From NCBI GenBank assembly GCA_023150555.1, contig JAKLKQ010000036.1, forward strand, positions 2,196 to 66,195: a DNA stretch of 64,000 nt, written 5' to 3'. The translations under genes were made by a program, and so were the position numbers. Positions 10,189 to 20,186 of the stretch are shown here, in pieces. The notes beneath the pieces were generated by a model. It had not been told where the DNA came from. It made no database searches and saw nothing but the letters and a program-made list of their open reading frames with translations. This DNA comes from Planctomycetota bacterium. Lineage in GTDB: Bacteria > Planctomycetota > SZUA-567 > H5-PLA8. Position 1 is the first letter of the stretch; each line of letters opens with the position of its first letter.

Positions 10189-10973
10189 AGGCGCTCCTTC
10201 ACGCCCTCGCCGTCGAGGACGATCTCGTCGGGGCGCTCGATGCGCTCGACCTTGCCGTCGCGGATCCAGACGATGCGGCGGCTGGCCTTGATGATCTTCA
10301 GGTCGTGGGTGTTGCAGAGCATGGTCACGCCGCGCGCGCGGTTCATCTCGATCATCATCTCGATGATGTGCAGCCCGGTCTTGAGGTCCAGGTTGCCGGT
10401 GGGCTCGTCGGCGAGCACGATGGTGGGATTGCTGACGAAGGCACGGGCGATGGCCACGCGCTGCTGCTGCCCGCCGCTGAGTTCGGTGGGCTTGTGCTTA
10501 GCGCGGTCGCCCAGGCCGACGAGCTTGAGCATCTCGTAGGCGCGGTCCTCGCGCTCCTCGCGTTCGATCCCGGCGAAGATCAGCGGCAGCATCACGTTCT
10601 GCAGCGCGCTCATGATCGGAACCAGATTGAAGGTCTGGAAGATGTAGCCGATCTTGCGGCAGCGCAGCCAGGCCAGTTCGCTGGCGTCGAGCTTGCTGAT
10701 GTCGGTGCGGTCGATGTAGACGGTGCCTTCGGTGGGCTTGGTCAGGCCGCCGACGATGTTGAACAACGTGGTCTTGCCGCTGCCCGACGGCCCCATGATC
10801 GAGACGTACTCGCCCTGCTCGATGGTCAGGTCGATGCCGTCGACGGCCTTCACCACCTCGCCGCCGAGGTAGAAGTACTTCTTCGCGCCTTCCACCGCCA
10901 CACTGGACGGCGCGGCCACGCCCGTGCGGGACGAGGACGACGACGATGCGCCGGGCGCCGGGGCCTGATCCAT
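10185..10973 (-). CDS. ABC transporter ATP-binding protein (LolD/MacB-type)
   Basis: [28 protein letters not shown]; start placed at ATG 10973. Confidence 0.92.
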   Translation of the reverse strand: MDQAPAPGASSSSSSRTGVAAPSSVAVEGAKKYFYLGGEVVKAVDGIDLTIEQGEYVSIMGPSGSGKTTLFNIVGGLTKPTEGTVYIDRTDISKLDASELAWLRCRKIGYIFQTFNLVPIMSALQNVMLPLIFAGIEREEREDRAYEMLKLVGLGDRAKHKPTELSGGQQQRVAIARAFVSNPTIVLADEPTGNLDLKTGLHIIEMMIEMNRARGVTMLCNTHDLKIIKASRRIVWIRDGKVERIERPDEIVLDGEGVKERL

Positions 10974-11150
10974 GGGGCCCGTCTCCTCCGCTTGTCCGTG
11001 CTGCCGGTTTTCGGCGGCGCCGATGCTACGCGCTGCAGCCCGGCGGAGCAAATGCCCGGCAACGGGAAAAACCGCCCTTCCGGCGCTTTCATTTATCGGG
11101 CAAGTGTACATACTGGTCGGCGCCCGAAGCCCCCACGCGGAGACGTTGCC

Positions 11151-12452
11151 ATGAAAGTGCTGGTCGTCGGCGGCGGCGGACGCGAGCACGCCCTGTGCTG
11201 GAAACTCGCGCAGTCGCCCCGCGTCAAGAAACTCTACTGTGCGCCCGGCAACGCCGGCATCGCGCTCACCCGCGGCGCGGCCTGCGGCGCCGTCGAGTGC
11301 GTCGACATTACGCAGGAGAACCTAGACGGCCTGCGCCGCTTCTCGCGCCGCGAGCGCATCGACTTGACGGTCGTCGGCCCCGAGCAGCCCCTGTGCGCCG
11401 GGCTCGTCGACCAGTGGGAAGAGGAAGGCCTGCCCGTCTTCGGACCCACCAAACGCGGCGCCGAGATGGAAGGCAGCAAGGCCTTCACCAAGATGCTTCT
11501 GCGCAAGAACGGCATTCCCACCGCCGACTTCCAGATCTTCACCGACCCCGAGAAGGCCACCGGCTACTGCCTCGAACACGGCGGGCCGTTGGTCGTCAAG
11601 GCCGACGGCCTGGCCGCCGGCAAGGGCGTGATCATGGCCAAGACCGGCGCCGAGGCCGCTGCCGCCGCGCGCAGCTGCCTGCAGGAAGGCCGCTTCGGCA
11701 GCGCCGGCGCGAAGGTGGTGATCGAAGAGACGCTGCGCGGCGAGGAGGCCAGCATCCTGGCCTTCACCGACGGGCGCACGCTGGCCGTGCTGCCCAGCGC
11801 GCAGGACCACAAGCGCCTGGGCGACGGCGACAGCGGCCCCAACACCGGCGGCATGGGCGCCTACTCCCCCGCCCCCGTGATCAGCGAGCAGATGGAAGGC
11901 CGCGTCATCCGCGAGATCCTGGTCCCCACGCTGCACGCGCTGCGCCGCGAGGACCGTCCCTTCAAGGGCGTGCTGTACGCGGGGCTGATGATCACCGAGC
12001 ACGGTCCCAAGGTGCTGGAGTACAACGTTCGCTTCGGCGACCCCGAATGCCAGTGCGTGCTCCCGCGCCTGAAGAGCGACCTGGTGGACGTCTTCGAGAA
12101 GGTCATGAGCGAGAAACTCGAGGAGGACGGCGTGGACGTCCTGCCCGACCCGGCGGTCTGCGTGGTGATGGCCAGCGGCGGCTACCCCGAGGCCTACGCC
12201 AAGGGCAAGGTCATCTCGGGCTTCAACGCCGAAGGACAGGTCGATGTGGAAGGCGTCACCGTCTTCCATGCCGGCACCGCCGCCAATGCCGACGGCAAGG
12301 TGGTGACCTCGGGCGGCCGCGTGCTGGGCATCACGGCCACGGCGGCCAGCCTGCCCGAGGCCGTGAAGCGCGCCTATGCCGGTGTGGAGCGCCTCACCTT
12401 CGAAGGCGCGCAGTACCGCAAGGACATCGCCGCGCGGGCCCTGAAGCGGTAA
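11151..12452 (+). CDS. purD: Phosphoribosylamine-glycine ligase
   Basis: MKVLVVGGGGREHAL, KADGLAAGKGV, GPNTGGMGAYSP, RFGDPE. Confidence 0.97.
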   Translation: MKVLVVGGGGREHALCWKLAQSPRVKKLYCAPGNAGIALTRGAACGAVECVDITQENLDGLRRFSRRERIDLTVVGPEQPLCAGLVDQWEEEGLPVFGPTKRGAEMEGSKAFTKMLLRKNGIPTADFQIFTDPEKATGYCLEHGGPLVVKADGLAAGKGVIMAKTGAEAAAAARSCLQEGRFGSAGAKVVIEETLRGEEASILAFTDGRTLAVLPSAQDHKRLGDGDSGPNTGGMGAYSPAPVISEQMEGRVIREILVPTLHALRREDRPFKGVLYAGLMITEHGPKVLEYNVRFGDPECQCVLPRLKSDLVDVFEKVMSEKLEEDGVDVLPDPAVCVVMASGGYPEAYAKGKVISGFNAEGQVDVEGVTVFHAGTAANADGKVVTSGGRVLGITATAASLPEAVKRAYAGVERLTFEGAQYRKDIAARALKR

Positions 12453-12545
12453 CGCCCGCCCCAACCGACAGCACGATGGACGACCGGACTGCCCGGCAGG
12501 CACCGCGCGTCCTTCTGGAATTCAAGCAGGACGGATCGGAGAAGG

Positions 12546-13616
12546 ATGAATACCGAGGTCCTTAAACTCGACGGCTCCGAGCGCGACATGGGCAAGATCC
12601 GCCATGCCGCCAAGCTCCTGGGCGCAGGCGCCCTGGTCGCCTTCCCGACCGAGACCGTCTACGGCCTGGGCGCGGACGCCAACAACCCCGAGGCGCTCGC
12701 GCGCATGGCCGAGGCCAAGGGGCGGCCCAGCGGCAAGCCCTTCGCCCTGCTGGTGCCTTCTATAAAGGAGGCGGAGAAGACGGCCGGCGTCCTGCCCCGC
12801 CCCGCCAAGAAACTGATGCGCCTGTACTGGCCCGGTCCGTTGACGACCGTCGTCCCCCGGCGCGGCGGCGGCGCGGTGGGCCTGCGCCTGAGCGAGCACC
12901 CCGTGCCGCGGGCCCTATTGGCCCAATGCGGATTCCCGATCGCGGCGCCCAGCGCCAACCGCAGCGGCACCCGCGAGCCGCTCACGTCCGAGCAGGTCCT
13001 GCATGATCTGGGCGGGCGCATCTCGCTGATCCTCGACGGCGGACAGGCTTGGCACGGGACGCCCTCGACCGTTGTCCGCATCGACCCGCAGGGCATCCCG
13101 GCCGTACAGCGCGAAGGCGCGATCCCGCAGTCGGAGATCATGGAGGCCGTGCGCCCCACGATCCTCCTCGTCTGCACCGGCAACACTTGCCGCAGCCCAA
13201 TGGCCGAGGCGCTTTGCCGGCACGCGCTCAAGGAATCGGGCATGGACCAGCCCAACGAGCTGCCCTTCCAGGTACTCAGCGCAGGCACCAGTGCAACCGA
13301 AGGGCAGTCAGCCGATCCGATGGCCATTAAAGCCATGGTGGAACTGGGGATAGATCTGAGCAGCCACCGCACCCGCATGGTGGTCCCCTCCCTGCTTGAC
13401 CAGGCGGATTGGATATTCACCATGACAGCCGCGCACCGGGATAGTATCTTGAAGCTAATGCCGGAGTGCCGGGACCGCATTCGGCTGGTATCCGCAAGGG
13501 GCGACGAGATACCGGACCCGGTCACCAAGTCGTACGAGCACTACCTGCAGGTCCGCGACCGCATCGCGCAGTGCCTTCGGGACATCCTGCGCATCGTAAA
13601 GGGCAGCGTCAGTTGA
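12546..13616 (+). CDS. tsaC: Threonylcarbamoyl-AMP synthase (Sua5/TsaC) fused to a low-molecular-weight phosphatase
   Basis: FPTETVYGL, KGRP, WPGPLT, APSANRSG; C-terminal VCTGNTCRSPMAE and IPDP. Confidence 0.9.
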   Translation: MNTEVLKLDGSERDMGKIRHAAKLLGAGALVAFPTETVYGLGADANNPEALARMAEAKGRPSGKPFALLVPSIKEAEKTAGVLPRPAKKLMRLYWPGPLTTVVPRRGGGAVGLRLSEHPVPRALLAQCGFPIAAPSANRSGTREPLTSEQVLHDLGGRISLILDGGQAWHGTPSTVVRIDPQGIPAVQREGAIPQSEIMEAVRPTILLVCTGNTCRSPMAEALCRHALKESGMDQPNELPFQVLSAGTSATEGQSADPMAIKAMVELGIDLSSHRTRMVVPSLLDQADWIFTMTAAHRDSILKLMPECRDRIRLVSARGDEIPDPVTKSYEHYLQVRDRIAQCLRDILRIVKGSVS

Positions 13617-13688
13617 GGATAGCGGCGCGCGGATTCGTGAAATCGGATATATAAAGGGCCGGGGACTGCAAGCGGGAGGCGTTGCCGA

Positions 13689-14150
13689 GTGAAGCCCTTC
13701 AAGATCGTGATGGCCTCCGATCACGCCGGATTGCGCCTGAAGCGCCACCTGAAGGCCTTTCTCGAGGCCAAGGGCTGCACCGTCACCGACGTGGGCGCCC
13801 ATTCCGAGGAATCCTGCGACTACCCGGACTTCGCCGCCGAAGGCGCGCGCCGGCTGGCCGCCGGCGAGTTCGAACGCGGCATCTTCGTCTGCGGCTCGGG
13901 GATCGGCATCTCCATCGCCGCTAATAAGATTCCGGGCATCCGCGCGGCCACCTGCACGCTGGAGTATCTGGCTGAAATGACGCGGCGCCACAACGACGCC
14001 AACGTCCTGTGCCTGGGCGAGCGCGTGGTGGGCGAGGGCCTGGCCGAGGCGCTGGTGACGCGGTTCCTGGAGGCGGACTTCGAGGGCGGCAGGCACGCCC
14101 GCCGCGTGGGCAAGATCAGCGGCCTGGAGCAGTCGAAGGCGACCTGTTGA
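13689..14150 (+). CDS. rpiB: Ribose-5-phosphate isomerase B
   Basis: SDHAG, DYPD, CGSGIG, ANKIPGIRA, HNDANVL, FEGGRHARRV. Confidence 0.95.
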   Translation: MKPFKIVMASDHAGLRLKRHLKAFLEAKGCTVTDVGAHSEESCDYPDFAAEGARRLAAGEFERGIFVCGSGIGISIAANKIPGIRAATCTLEYLAEMTRRHNDANVLCLGERVVGEGLAEALVTRFLEADFEGGRHARRVGKISGLEQSKATC

Positions 14151-14201
14151 CGCAGGCGGGGCAAGGGCAACATCCGGTTCTGGAGGCATCGGTTGGGCGG
14201 C

Positions 14202-17200
14202 ATGGCTAAACCGGAAATCGGCAGCGTTCTGGGCGGTTGCGAGATCATCGAGGTGATCGGCCATGGCGGCATGGGGATCATCTACAAGGCTCGCCAGCGC
14301 TCCCTCGATCGCGTCGTCGCGCTGAAGGTCCTCTCCCCCAAACTCGCCGACGACATCAACTTCGTCGCGCGGTTCCAGCGCGAGGCCCGCGCGATCGCCC
14401 GCGTCAACCACAGCAATATTTTGGCTGTCTACGACGTCGGCAACGACAGCGACATCCACTACATGATCATGGAGCTCATCGAAGGCAAGAGCCTCGCCGA
14501 ACTCCAGGAAGAGACCAACGGGCCGCTGAAGGTCGAGGACTGCATCGACTTCGTGCGCCAGGCCGCGCAGGGCCTGGAAGCCGCGCAGTCGGTAGGCATC
14601 ACGCACCGGGACATCAAGCCCGAGAACCTGATGCTCACCAAGAAGAACGTCATCAAGGTCTCCGACTTCGGCCTCGCCAAGGAAGCCGACAGCGGCGCCA
14701 CCTCCACCGACGCCGTCATGGGCACGCCGGCCTTCATGAGCCCCGAGCAGTGCGACGGCAAGAAGGTCGACGGCCGCACCGACATCTACAGCCTCGGCGG
14801 CACCTTCTACAAGCTCCTCACCGGCCGCCTGCCCTTCGAAGCCGAAACGGCCATGTCGATGATGTACCGGCACAAGCACGAGGCGCTGATCCCGCCCAAG
14901 GAGATCGTGACCTCCATTCCGGGGCCCATCAGCGAGGTCGTCGTCAAGATGATGGCCAAGAAGCGCGAGCGGCGCTTCCAGACGATGACCGAGGTCATCG
15001 AGGCCATCGACCATGCCGTCAAGCAGGGCAACGTCGATCCGCTGCGCCCCGTCCTGCCCGCTTCCATGGCCCGTTCCGGCGGCGTGCCCCCCGGCGGCGA
15101 AGACATCAAGGTCGTGCTGCCCGAAGGCGCGGGCGGACCGCCACCGGCGATTCCGCGCGGCGTAACCGGCATCCTGCCGCGCAGCGGCAGCCCGCCGTCC
15201 CTGCGCGAAAGCGGCCGCATGGCCCCCCTGCGTCCCGGCGACCACGGCGACAGCGAACGCATGCTCACCCGCCCCGGCATTCCGGGCGGCGCCAGTTCCG
15301 CCCGCGGGCCGCAGCCGGCCATGGGCGGCACGCCGGGCGAAGACGGCTTTGGGCTGGCGGCGCGCGGCGACGAGTTGATCGGCCGCGGGGACCGTCTGGG
15401 CGGCCTTAAACTCTTCCGCCAGGCCCTGCAGGCGCACAACCTGGACGGCGTGACGCGCAAGCGCCTGGAGGACGAACTCCAGAACGAGATCGGCCTGCGG
15501 CGCCAGGCGGGCGAGGGTCTGCTCGAGCGCGGCATGCTGGTTGAAGCGGGGCGCGAGTTCCGGCTGCTGCTGGAGCTGGATCCCAAGGCCGAATCGATCC
15601 GCGTGAAGCTGAAGACCATCGACGAGAAGCTGGCCCACAAGCGCACGCTGGTGAACGACATCCGCACCCTCATCGCGGGGCTGAAGTTCGAGGAAGCCAT
15701 CGCGATGTGGGACAAGGCGCCGCCGGACCTGCGCGAGGAGGCGCTGGGCAAGCAGGTCGAACACCTGCGCAGCGTCACCGTCCCCAGCCTGAAGCTCTGC
15801 GACCAGGGCGACCTGTACAACGAGCAGGGTCGCGTCGAGGAAGCCGTCTCGGCCTTCCAGGACGCCCTGCGCATCGACGAGAACTGCGAGCGCGCGCGCC
15901 ACGGGCTCAGCGACGCCGAGCAGAAGCTGCACCGCATCGACACGATGCTGAAGGAAGGCTACGAACTCGCGCTGCGGCAGGAATACAAGGAAGCCATCGA
16001 CACCCTGCGCCCGATCCTGACGATGTACCCCAACCACCCGCGCGCGGTGAAGTCCATCGTCGACGCCTGCCAGGCCATCGCGCAGGACCGCCGGCAGAAC
16101 GGCGACCTGAAGAGCGCCCTGAAAGCCTACGCCCAGGCCCACGAGGTCGATCCGCAGAACCGCAGCATCGCCAAGCTCTACGACGAGATGACCGACCTCC
16201 ACGACAAGGAGGCCGCCCTGCTCGACCGCGCCGCGCAGGCCACCGCGCGCGGCAACCCGGGCGAGGCCATCAGCTACTGGCAGGACATCCTGCGCATCAA
16301 TCCGGCCAACACCGAAGCCGCGAAGGCGCTCATGCAGCTGAAGTCCCAGCGCGGCCGCCGCTCGGTGAAACTGGTCGTGGTGCTGGTCGTGCTCGCCGCC
16401 CTTGCCTGGGTCGGGTACCAGGGCGTCTCCGAGTTCCTGATCTACCACGAGGCCACCAGCCAGCGGGAAGCGAGAAACTACGACAAGGCCCTTGAGCTCC
16501 TGGAAGGACGGGTCTTCTACTTCTACAAGGAAGAGGTCCCTGAGCTTCAGCGCATCTGCAAGCGCGACGCCTACGAGCAGAAGGCCGACACTCTGTACGA
16601 AGCCGGCGGCGACGTAAAGGCCGTGCTCGAATACTACGACATGGCGATCCGGGCTTGCACGCCCGAAGAGGAGACCCTGAAGGCGCAGTACGAACTTAAA
16701 AAGGTGTTGGTCGAGGCCGGACACCAGATGGCCGAAGGCGAGAAGTCCATCACGGCCGAAGCGTGGGAAGAGGCGGTCAAGGCATTCTCCCTGGCCTATA
16801 ATATCGCCGACAAGCTGCGGAAAGTTCCCGAAGCGCAGAAACTCGCCGAGAAGGCAAACTATTCAAAGCTCTTCGGCAACTATTGCCTCGCCGCAACGAA
16901 AGCCGAAACCCAGGAAGAAGCGCTGAAGCACCTGCTGCCCGCCCAGGACCTGCGGCCCGACAACGAATGGGTTAAAAAGCAGTTGGAAAAACGGGGCTAC
17001 GATCCCAACAAATTCAAGAACGCACTCGGGGAAGCCGTCTCGCTGCTGGATAAGCCCTACGATCCCGAGAACGCGAAGAAGGCCGTCGAGCTGATCAAGA
17101 AAGCGCAGGGATCCGGCCTCAACAACGAACGCGCCATAACCCTCCTGAACTTCGCCCTGGACGCGGAGTTCTGCGCCGAGAACGGCATGGTCCTGGTCAA

Positions 17201-17738
17201 CCACTACGACCCCAAGAACGAAGCCATGAAGTGGACCAACCGCGAGCGCAGACTCGCCTTCTGCGTGGACCGTTTCGAGTACGTCGAGAAGGACGCCAAG
17301 CTGCCGAAGGTCAACGTTTCCTGGGTCGAGGCGCGCCAGATCTGCCTCGACGCCGGTAAAGACCTCTGCTCCTTTGCCCACTGGCAGGAAGCCTGCAAGG
17401 CCAAGTCCCTGGGAGCCATCTACCCCTTCGGCGAGGAAGCCAAGGGCGACGAGTGCAACTGGCAGAGCGAAGGGCCCGAAGCCCCGGGTTCGCGCCCCAA
17501 GTGCGTGAACACCATCGGCGCCTACGACATGAGCGGAAACGTGGCCGAATGGACCAGGCCCAACGATATGCCCGATGGCGAGAAGGCCCCCGCACAGGCC
17601 AACATCGGCGGCGGGCATTTCAAATCAGGGCCCAAGGACGCTACCTGCTGGAGCGATGTCACCGCTTCGGCCGCCGGCAAGAAGCCCGAGATCGGATTCC
17701 GCTGCTGCAAGATCCTGCCGGGCTTGCCCAAGCAATAG
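14202..17738 (+). CDS. Membrane Ser/Thr protein kinase with TPR repeats and a C-terminal FGE-sulfatase-like domain
   Basis: GHGGMG, VALK, HRDIKPEN, DFG, SPEQ; TPR helices; one TM (LVVVLVVLAALAWV); DMSGNVAEW and IGFRCC. Confidence 0.9.
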   Translation: MAKPEIGSVLGGCEIIEVIGHGGMGIIYKARQRSLDRVVALKVLSPKLADDINFVARFQREARAIARVNHSNILAVYDVGNDSDIHYMIMELIEGKSLAELQEETNGPLKVEDCIDFVRQAAQGLEAAQSVGITHRDIKPENLMLTKKNVIKVSDFGLAKEADSGATSTDAVMGTPAFMSPEQCDGKKVDGRTDIYSLGGTFYKLLTGRLPFEAETAMSMMYRHKHEALIPPKEIVTSIPGPISEVVVKMMAKKRERRFQTMTEVIEAIDHAVKQGNVDPLRPVLPASMARSGGVPPGGEDIKVVLPEGAGGPPPAIPRGVTGILPRSGSPPSLRESGRMAPLRPGDHGDSERMLTRPGIPGGASSARGPQPAMGGTPGEDGFGLAARGDELIGRGDRLGGLKLFRQALQAHNLDGVTRKRLEDELQNEIGLRRQAGEGLLERGMLVEAGREFRLLLELDPKAESIRVKLKTIDEKLAHKRTLVNDIRTLIAGLKFEEAIAMWDKAPPDLREEALGKQVEHLRSVTVPSLKLCDQGDLYNEQGRVEEAVSAFQDALRIDENCERARHGLSDAEQKLHRIDTMLKEGYELALRQEYKEAIDTLRPILTMYPNHPRAVKSIVDACQAIAQDRRQNGDLKSALKAYAQAHEVDPQNRSIAKLYDEMTDLHDKEAALLDRAAQATARGNPGEAISYWQDILRINPANTEAAKALMQLKSQRGRRSVKLVVVLVVLAALAWVGYQGVSEFLIYHEATSQREARNYDKALELLEGRVFYFYKEEVPELQRICKRDAYEQKADTLYEAGGDVKAVLEYYDMAIRACTPEEETLKAQYELKKVLVEAGHQMAEGEKSITAEAWEEAVKAFSLAYNIADKLRKVPEAQKLAEKANYSKLFGNYCLAATKAETQEEALKHLLPAQDLRPDNEWVKKQLEKRGYDPNKFKNALGEAVSLLDKPYDPENAKKAVELIKKAQGSGLNNERAITLLNFALDAEFCAENGMVLVNHYDPKNEAMKWTNRERRLAFCVDRFEYVEKDAKLPKVNVSWVEARQICLDAGKDLCSFAHWQEACKAKSLGAIYPFGEEAKGDECNWQSEGPEAPGSRPKCVNTIGAYDMSGNVAEWTRPNDMPDGEKAPAQANIGGGHFKSGPKDATCWSDVTASAAGKKPEIGFRCCKILPGLPKQ

Positions 17739-17758
17739 TCGCAATCGCGGGGTAGCGC

Positions 17759-18502
17759 ATGGCAACCAACCAGGCCAGGCAACTCGGGCAACTTGGCCTG
17801 TTGCTCTGCGTGATGCTGCTCTTGTCCTTCGGCGTCTATCTCTGGACCTACGAGTACAAGACCTCCACCGGCCAGGCCATCGAGACGGTGCAGGGCGTTA
17901 CCGGCACCGTCCCCCCCAATCCGCGCATCAGCACCACGCTGTGGGCAAACCAGGCCACCTTTGACCCGGCCGGGAAAGGCAGCGCCAAGAACCCCCTGCA
18001 GATCCACATCGTGCTGAGGAACCACGGCAACGAGGCCGTGCCGGTGCTCGACGCGCCGCTCACCACCGTCCTCTACGACGTCCAAGTCACCGGGCCCAAC
18101 GGCCGGCGCTTGGTGCAGAAGCCTGCGGACACGCGCCGTCCAGCACCGGCCGTCGTTCCGCCCGGCGGTTCCGCGCCTGCCACGCCGCGCGTGTACCGCA
18201 TCGTCGAACTGGTCCCCGGCCACGAACTGCACGTGCCCATCCCGCTGCTGGACCTCTTCGACTGTTCAACGCCCGGCCTGTACAAGATCGCCGTGCAGTA
18301 CCGCCCCGCCGCCCTGCGCAACCAGGCTGGCGACGATCTGGCGGACGGCACGTTCTACGCCGGGATGCAGAACACCGAGACCCTGAACCTCTACATCGGC
18401 CCGGTCAAACCCGCCGACAAGGCCCTGGTGCCCGCAAAAACCGAGGCCGTCGCCACTCCGAGCGTGACGGAACCCAGCATCGACGTGCCACAGGGCGAAT
18501 GA
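17759..18502 (+). CDS. Hypothetical membrane-anchored protein
   Basis: N-terminal TM helix then a beta-rich domain; coding-like codon use; 20 nt after the kinase. Confidence 0.65.
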   Translation: MATNQARQLGQLGLLLCVMLLLSFGVYLWTYEYKTSTGQAIETVQGVTGTVPPNPRISTTLWANQATFDPAGKGSAKNPLQIHIVLRNHGNEAVPVLDAPLTTVLYDVQVTGPNGRRLVQKPADTRRPAPAVVPPGGSAPATPRVYRIVELVPGHELHVPIPLLDLFDCSTPGLYKIAVQYRPAALRNQAGDDLADGTFYAGMQNTETLNLYIGPVKPADKALVPAKTEAVATPSVTEPSIDVPQGE

Positions 18503-18528
18503 AAGGCACCCATGAAATTGATGCGCTA

Positions 18529-19779
18529 TCAGTGCGAGCCGGACGCAGCGCCGCGAATCATGTACGCCTGAAGGATTCCCGATTCGTCCGAATTGAAGAA
18601 CGCGAGGGTCCCGTCCGGCGACAGGAAGGGATGTATATGCGCTTCCTTCTTCCAGGATGACCGCGGCAGAGCCAGACACGTCCATTCCGACAGGGCTTCC
18701 TCGCCCGCTTTCCCCAGCGAAGCGGTGAAGACGCGGCCGCCTTGGTCGCTGCGTCCGGAATCCGTGACCAGCCGGCGGCCCGCAATGTCCGTCGCGAAGT
18801 GCCAGAAACAGGGTTTCTGAACCGTCCTGCTCAGGTGGTTGCGGATGCCGGCGGGCGTTGCCAAGCCTGCATGGCCCGAGACCGCCACGGCTCGGCTTTC
18901 GATCAACTGCTCCACTTTCGGCTCCCGCGTGCAGGTGCTCGTGATGGCCCACTCCGACGTGCCCCGCCAGCATTGGTGCCCCTGGCAGAATTCGTTTCCG
19001 TCGCGGCCCCAGGGCATCGACCGGAACTGCGTGCCGTCGTCCCGGAGTACATGGATATCCGCGCCCGCGCCGCCGGTCAGCGTGACGATGACCCCCGCCC
19101 GGTCGCAGGCGTTCCCATGGTTCTCCTGCACAAGGATATCCTGCATGGCCTCGGGGTCTTTCGACCGGCAGTACTGCGGGTGGATGTTGCACCACGAGGG
19201 TCCTGCCAGGATCACCTCGCACGAAAGCGTTTCGAGATCGAAGACGAGCAGCCCGTGGTCGCCGCCCTCGTTCTGTCCGTCGCCCAGGTAGCAGGCCAGC
19301 GCGATCTTCTTGCCGTCCGAGCGGATCGTCGAAAGCGGGTAGATGCGGCTTGGCCGGCAGGCTGCGTTTCGCGGAGGTCCGTCCAGTACCAGCAGGGTCT
19401 GCCGGTCGGACCCGTCCATGCGCACGCGATTCAACAGCAACCGGCCCGCGTTGGGCGCCGTCTGGTCGACGAAGTAATAGAGGTAGCGGCCGTCGGGCGA
19501 AACCGAAGGCGCCGTGGCACCCGTTTCGTCCGTGATGGGCCGCAGGGCGCAGCGGTCGTCCAGGTCGCAGACCAGATACCGGTGGCGGGGATCGTCCTTG
19601 TCCGAACCGTGCGCCGTTGCGGATTCATGCAACACGAAGCGCTTGGAATCGGGCGTGAAGATCTGCGCCTCCATATACACGTGCGAACTTGGCAGATCGC
19701 CGGACGTCAGCTGAATCACCTCGACGCCTTTCGGCGCATCGGGCGAACGCAGGTCGGGTCGTACGATCGGCTGAATCAT
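18529..19779 (-). CDS. Oligogalacturonate lyase-like / TolB-like beta-propeller protein
   Basis: HVYME..FTPDSKRF, HPQY, HQCW, WHFA, HIHPFLSPDG..FNSD; GGAGG upstream of ATG 19779. Confidence 0.7.
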   Translation of the reverse strand: MIQPIVRPDLRSPDAPKGVEVIQLTSGDLPSSHVYMEAQIFTPDSKRFVLHESATAHGSDKDDPRHRYLVCDLDDRCALRPITDETGATAPSVSPDGRYLYYFVDQTAPNAGRLLLNRVRMDGSDRQTLLVLDGPPRNAACRPSRIYPLSTIRSDGKKIALACYLGDGQNEGGDHGLLVFDLETLSCEVILAGPSWCNIHPQYCRSKDPEAMQDILVQENHGNACDRAGVIVTLTGGAGADIHVLRDDGTQFRSMPWGRDGNEFCQGHQCWRGTSEWAITSTCTREPKVEQLIESRAVAVSGHAGLATPAGIRNHLSRTVQKPCFWHFATDIAGRRLVTDSGRSDQGGRVFTASLGKAGEEALSEWTCLALPRSSWKKEAHIHPFLSPDGTLAFFNSDESGILQAYMIRGAASGSH

Positions 19780-20022
19780 GGGGCCCTCCTCCACACCGCT
19801 ACCTGCCTTCTTGGGCTTCTGCCTGCCTCGCCGTTCGCCTTTATTCGGGCGGGAGGGCCATTGCAAAGGCCTTCGCGGTCCCAGGAGCGGCGGCCGCCGC
19901 CACCGGCAAGGCCGAAATGCAGGTAAAAGGATGCGCGCCCGCCGCCCCTGCGCTTGACGGAATGCACCGGTCTGTTAGGGATAGTTCTTCCGGCGAGCTG
20001 CCGCCCCGAATTCTGCCGCATT

Positions 20023-20098
20023 GCCAGGGTAGCTCAGTTGGTAGAGCACCGCACTGAAAATGCGGGTGTCGCCAGTTCAACTCTGGCCCCTGGCACCA
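20023..20098 (+). tRNA. tRNA-Phe (GAA)
   Basis: 76-nt cloverleaf: GCCAGGG acceptor, AGCTCAGTTGGTAGAGC D-arm, CTGAAAA anticodon loop, GTTCAA T-loop, encoded CCA. Confidence 0.97.
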
Positions 20099-20124
20099 TC
20101 TTCAAACCCAGTTCAGCGGAGCGC

Positions 20125-20148
20125 GCTTCCGGCCCACGGGCCGGAAGC
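20125..20148. terminator. Hairpin between the tRNA and the convergent gene
   Basis: gcttccggccc / gggccggaagc inverted repeat; no clear U-tract. Confidence 0.4.
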
Positions 20149-20186
20149 CCTCCGCGAACGGGCTTTCCGGTTGTCGTTGTTAAACG

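Noticed and set aside
10176-11150. Apparent N-terminal extensions fusing extra domains to purD (also ettA from 31666, fabD from 40068, TPR gene from 21484, 44361 ORF)
   Set aside because: Stop-free shadows over neighbouring genes; the family N-termini start at downstream codons
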